Shown: piece after piece, positions 23,007 to 24,000 of the stretch | Numbering within the stretch: position 1 is the stretch's first letter | Layout: the number at the start of each line of letters is the position of its first letter | Assembly: GCF_002930645.1 (NCBI RefSeq) | Contig: NZ_PSNW01000007.1 | Coordinates: forward strand, 225,792-249,791 | Source of the DNA: Solimonas fluminis | GTDB lineage: Bacteria > Pseudomonadota > Gammaproteobacteria > Nevskiales > Nevskiaceae | Length of the DNA: 24,000 bases | Direction: 5' to 3' | Made by a program: the position numbers and the translations under genes | The notes under the pieces: generated by a model | The model's input: the letters and a program-made list of their open reading frames with translations, nothing else | The model's database searches: none | What the model was told of the DNA's origin: nothing

Positions 23007-23597
23007 ATGAGCGGACCGGCATCCTTGCGGCTGCTGGCGGCGGGGGCCGCCCTGGCGGCGCGCTACGGCTTCGAACAACTGACACCGGACAACCTGGCCG
23101 ACACCACCGGCCTGACGCGCGAGCAGTTCGCCGCGCAGTTCGGCAGCCTGGACGTCTACTTCACCGAGCTGAACCGGCAGTTCCTGGACCACATCCTCGA
23201 CCGGCTGGTGCAGGCCGCATCCCAGACGCCGCCGGGGCTGCCCCGCATGCAGCGCGCCACCGAGCTGCAGCTGGACATCTGCCTGGAGCACCGCGCCCTG
23301 CGCCTGCTGCTGAGCGAAGCGCGCCGGCGCTTGCCGGGCATGGCCCAGTACTTCCACAAGCGCAACCAGACCACCGCCATGATGGTGGGCATCGAGCTGA
23401 AGTCGCTCGCCTGCCCCAACTCGCATGCCATCGGCCGGGTCTACTGCCAGATGGTGCTGGAAGCCGCGCAACTGGAGTGCGAGGCCGGCGCACCGAACCC
23501 GGGCCTGCGGCGCATGCTGTCAGAGTTCCTGGCCGCCGCGCTGTCGGCGCCGCCGCTCCCCAAGGCAGCCGACGTGCCCGCACCCGCCGGGGAGTAG
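23007..23597 (+). CDS. TetR-like transcriptional regulator (divergent HTH)
   Basis: 196-aa ORF with GGAG at 22998-23001. The N-terminus LRLLAAGAALAARYGFEQLTPDNLADTTGLTREQFAAQFGSLDVYFTELNRQF follows the TetR_N spacing pattern (ILxAAxxLxxxxGFxxxTxxxxAxxxGxSxxxxxxxFxS). The assignment rests on pattern only. Confidence 0.55.
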   Translation: MSGPASLRLLAAGAALAARYGFEQLTPDNLADTTGLTREQFAAQFGSLDVYFTELNRQFLDHILDRLVQAASQTPPGLPRMQRATELQLDICLEHRALRLLLSEARRRLPGMAQYFHKRNQTTAMMVGIELKSLACPNSHAIGRVYCQMVLEAAQLECEAGAPNPGLRRMLSEFLAAALSAPPLPKAADVPAPAGE

Positions 23598-23636
23598 GAG
23601 AGGCGGCACTCCGCTGGCCTCAGGGCGTGCCCGGCC

Positions 23637-24000
23637 TCAATCCTTGTCTTCGAACCAGACGCAGAAGTACCGGCCCTCGCCGCAGGACACGATGATGCCT
23701 GCGTCGAACGAGGATTCGCCCAGAGGATGCCAGGCCTCGCGCGTATCCCAGTTGCCGTTCGAGTAATACCGGCTGCCGGGCTTCTCGCAGGACGACAGGA
23801 TCATGTCGGCCATGCCGTCCGCCTCGGCCTTCGACATGAGCGGCATCTGGTACGGCATGTCCTTGTGCAGGATGGCCGAGAGGATGGCATGCGCGGTGGC
23901 CCGGTGGTGCTCCACGAGCCGGCTGCTGTCCGGCTGCAATCCCGCCTGGGCCAGGACGGCGTTCAGGTCCCCCGCCGCATCGGAGACGAGGATGCAACGG
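23637..24000 (-). CDS. Hypothetical protein, 3' part; the gene continues beyond the right edge
   Basis: The track ORF starts at TTG 23939, but the same frame stays open to position 24000 (...RCILVSDAAGDLNAVLAQAGLQPDSSRLVEHH...). Third-position GC is high. It ends ...GIIVSCGEGRYFCVWFEDKD. I recognise no family. Confidence 0.5.
   Translation of the reverse strand, partial: RCILVSDAAGDLNAVLAQAGLQPDSSRLVEHHRATAHAILSAILHKDMPYQMPLMSKAEADGMADMILSSCEKPGSRYYSNGNWDTREAWHPLGESSFDAGIIVSCGEGRYFCVWFEDKD

Noticed and set aside
22943-23695. 250-aa plus-strand ORF and the minus-strand ORFs (22965-23471, 23161-23583) over the TetR-like gene
   Set aside because: They have low-complexity composition. The 23007-23597 frame has an RBS and a TetR-like N-terminal pattern.
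1-24000. Search for CRISPR arrays, tandem repeats, IS elements, integrases, toxin-antitoxin pairs or known defence systems
   Set aside because: I found no regularly spaced repeats, no transposase, recombinase or nuclease-like translations, and no small adjacent TA-like ORF pairs. The only repeat pair found is the 50-bp hydrolase-derived direct repeat reported above.

Overview
The window is a high-GC (roughly 70%) proteobacterial chromosomal segment. Gene content looks betaproteobacterial, but I cannot prove that from the sequence alone. I can support about 27 protein-coding genes, two of them truncated at the window edges. I recognise no rRNA, tRNA, CRISPR array, IS element, transposase or integrase. 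Most long ORFs in the six-frame track are high-GC shadow frames of real genes and were discarded.

The region from 9.8 to 23.6 kb is ordinary housekeeping:
- type-II NADH dehydrogenase and an EcsC-like protein
- an NRDE/TANGO2-like gene followed by ogt
- an Ap4A-phosphorylase-like gene and a pteridine reductase
- uppP, cca and slt
- a TauE/SafE permease and a DUF4124-SLT transglycosylase
- a LysR regulator divergent from sat, and a TetR-like regulator

The left 9.8 kb looks accessory and has a hydrocarbon/epoxide flavour:
- An AlkB-like 5' gene end lies divergent from an AraC regulator. A translationally coupled four-gene unit follows (two small membrane proteins and two alpha/beta hydrolases). 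The second hydrolase has an Asp nucleophile but no catalytic His.
- A 430-bp uncalled spacer comes next.
- A lower-GC cassette follows, controlled by a TetR repressor. It encodes a PF10118-type 'metal-dependent hydrolase' whose conserved residues fit a diiron-carboxylate pattern. It also encodes a styrene-oxide-isomerase (StyC)-like haem membrane protein with no other sty genes nearby.
- The spacer and cassette are bracketed by ~50-bp direct repeats derived from the hydrolase 3' end. The second repeat is part of a decayed gene fragment.
- A second AraC regulator sits divergent from a coupled pair of unknown function (membrane protein plus 546-aa lipoprotein).

The cassette and this unknown pair are my best candidates for undescribed biology. 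All family assignments come from motif recognition by eye and need HMM or BLAST confirmation.
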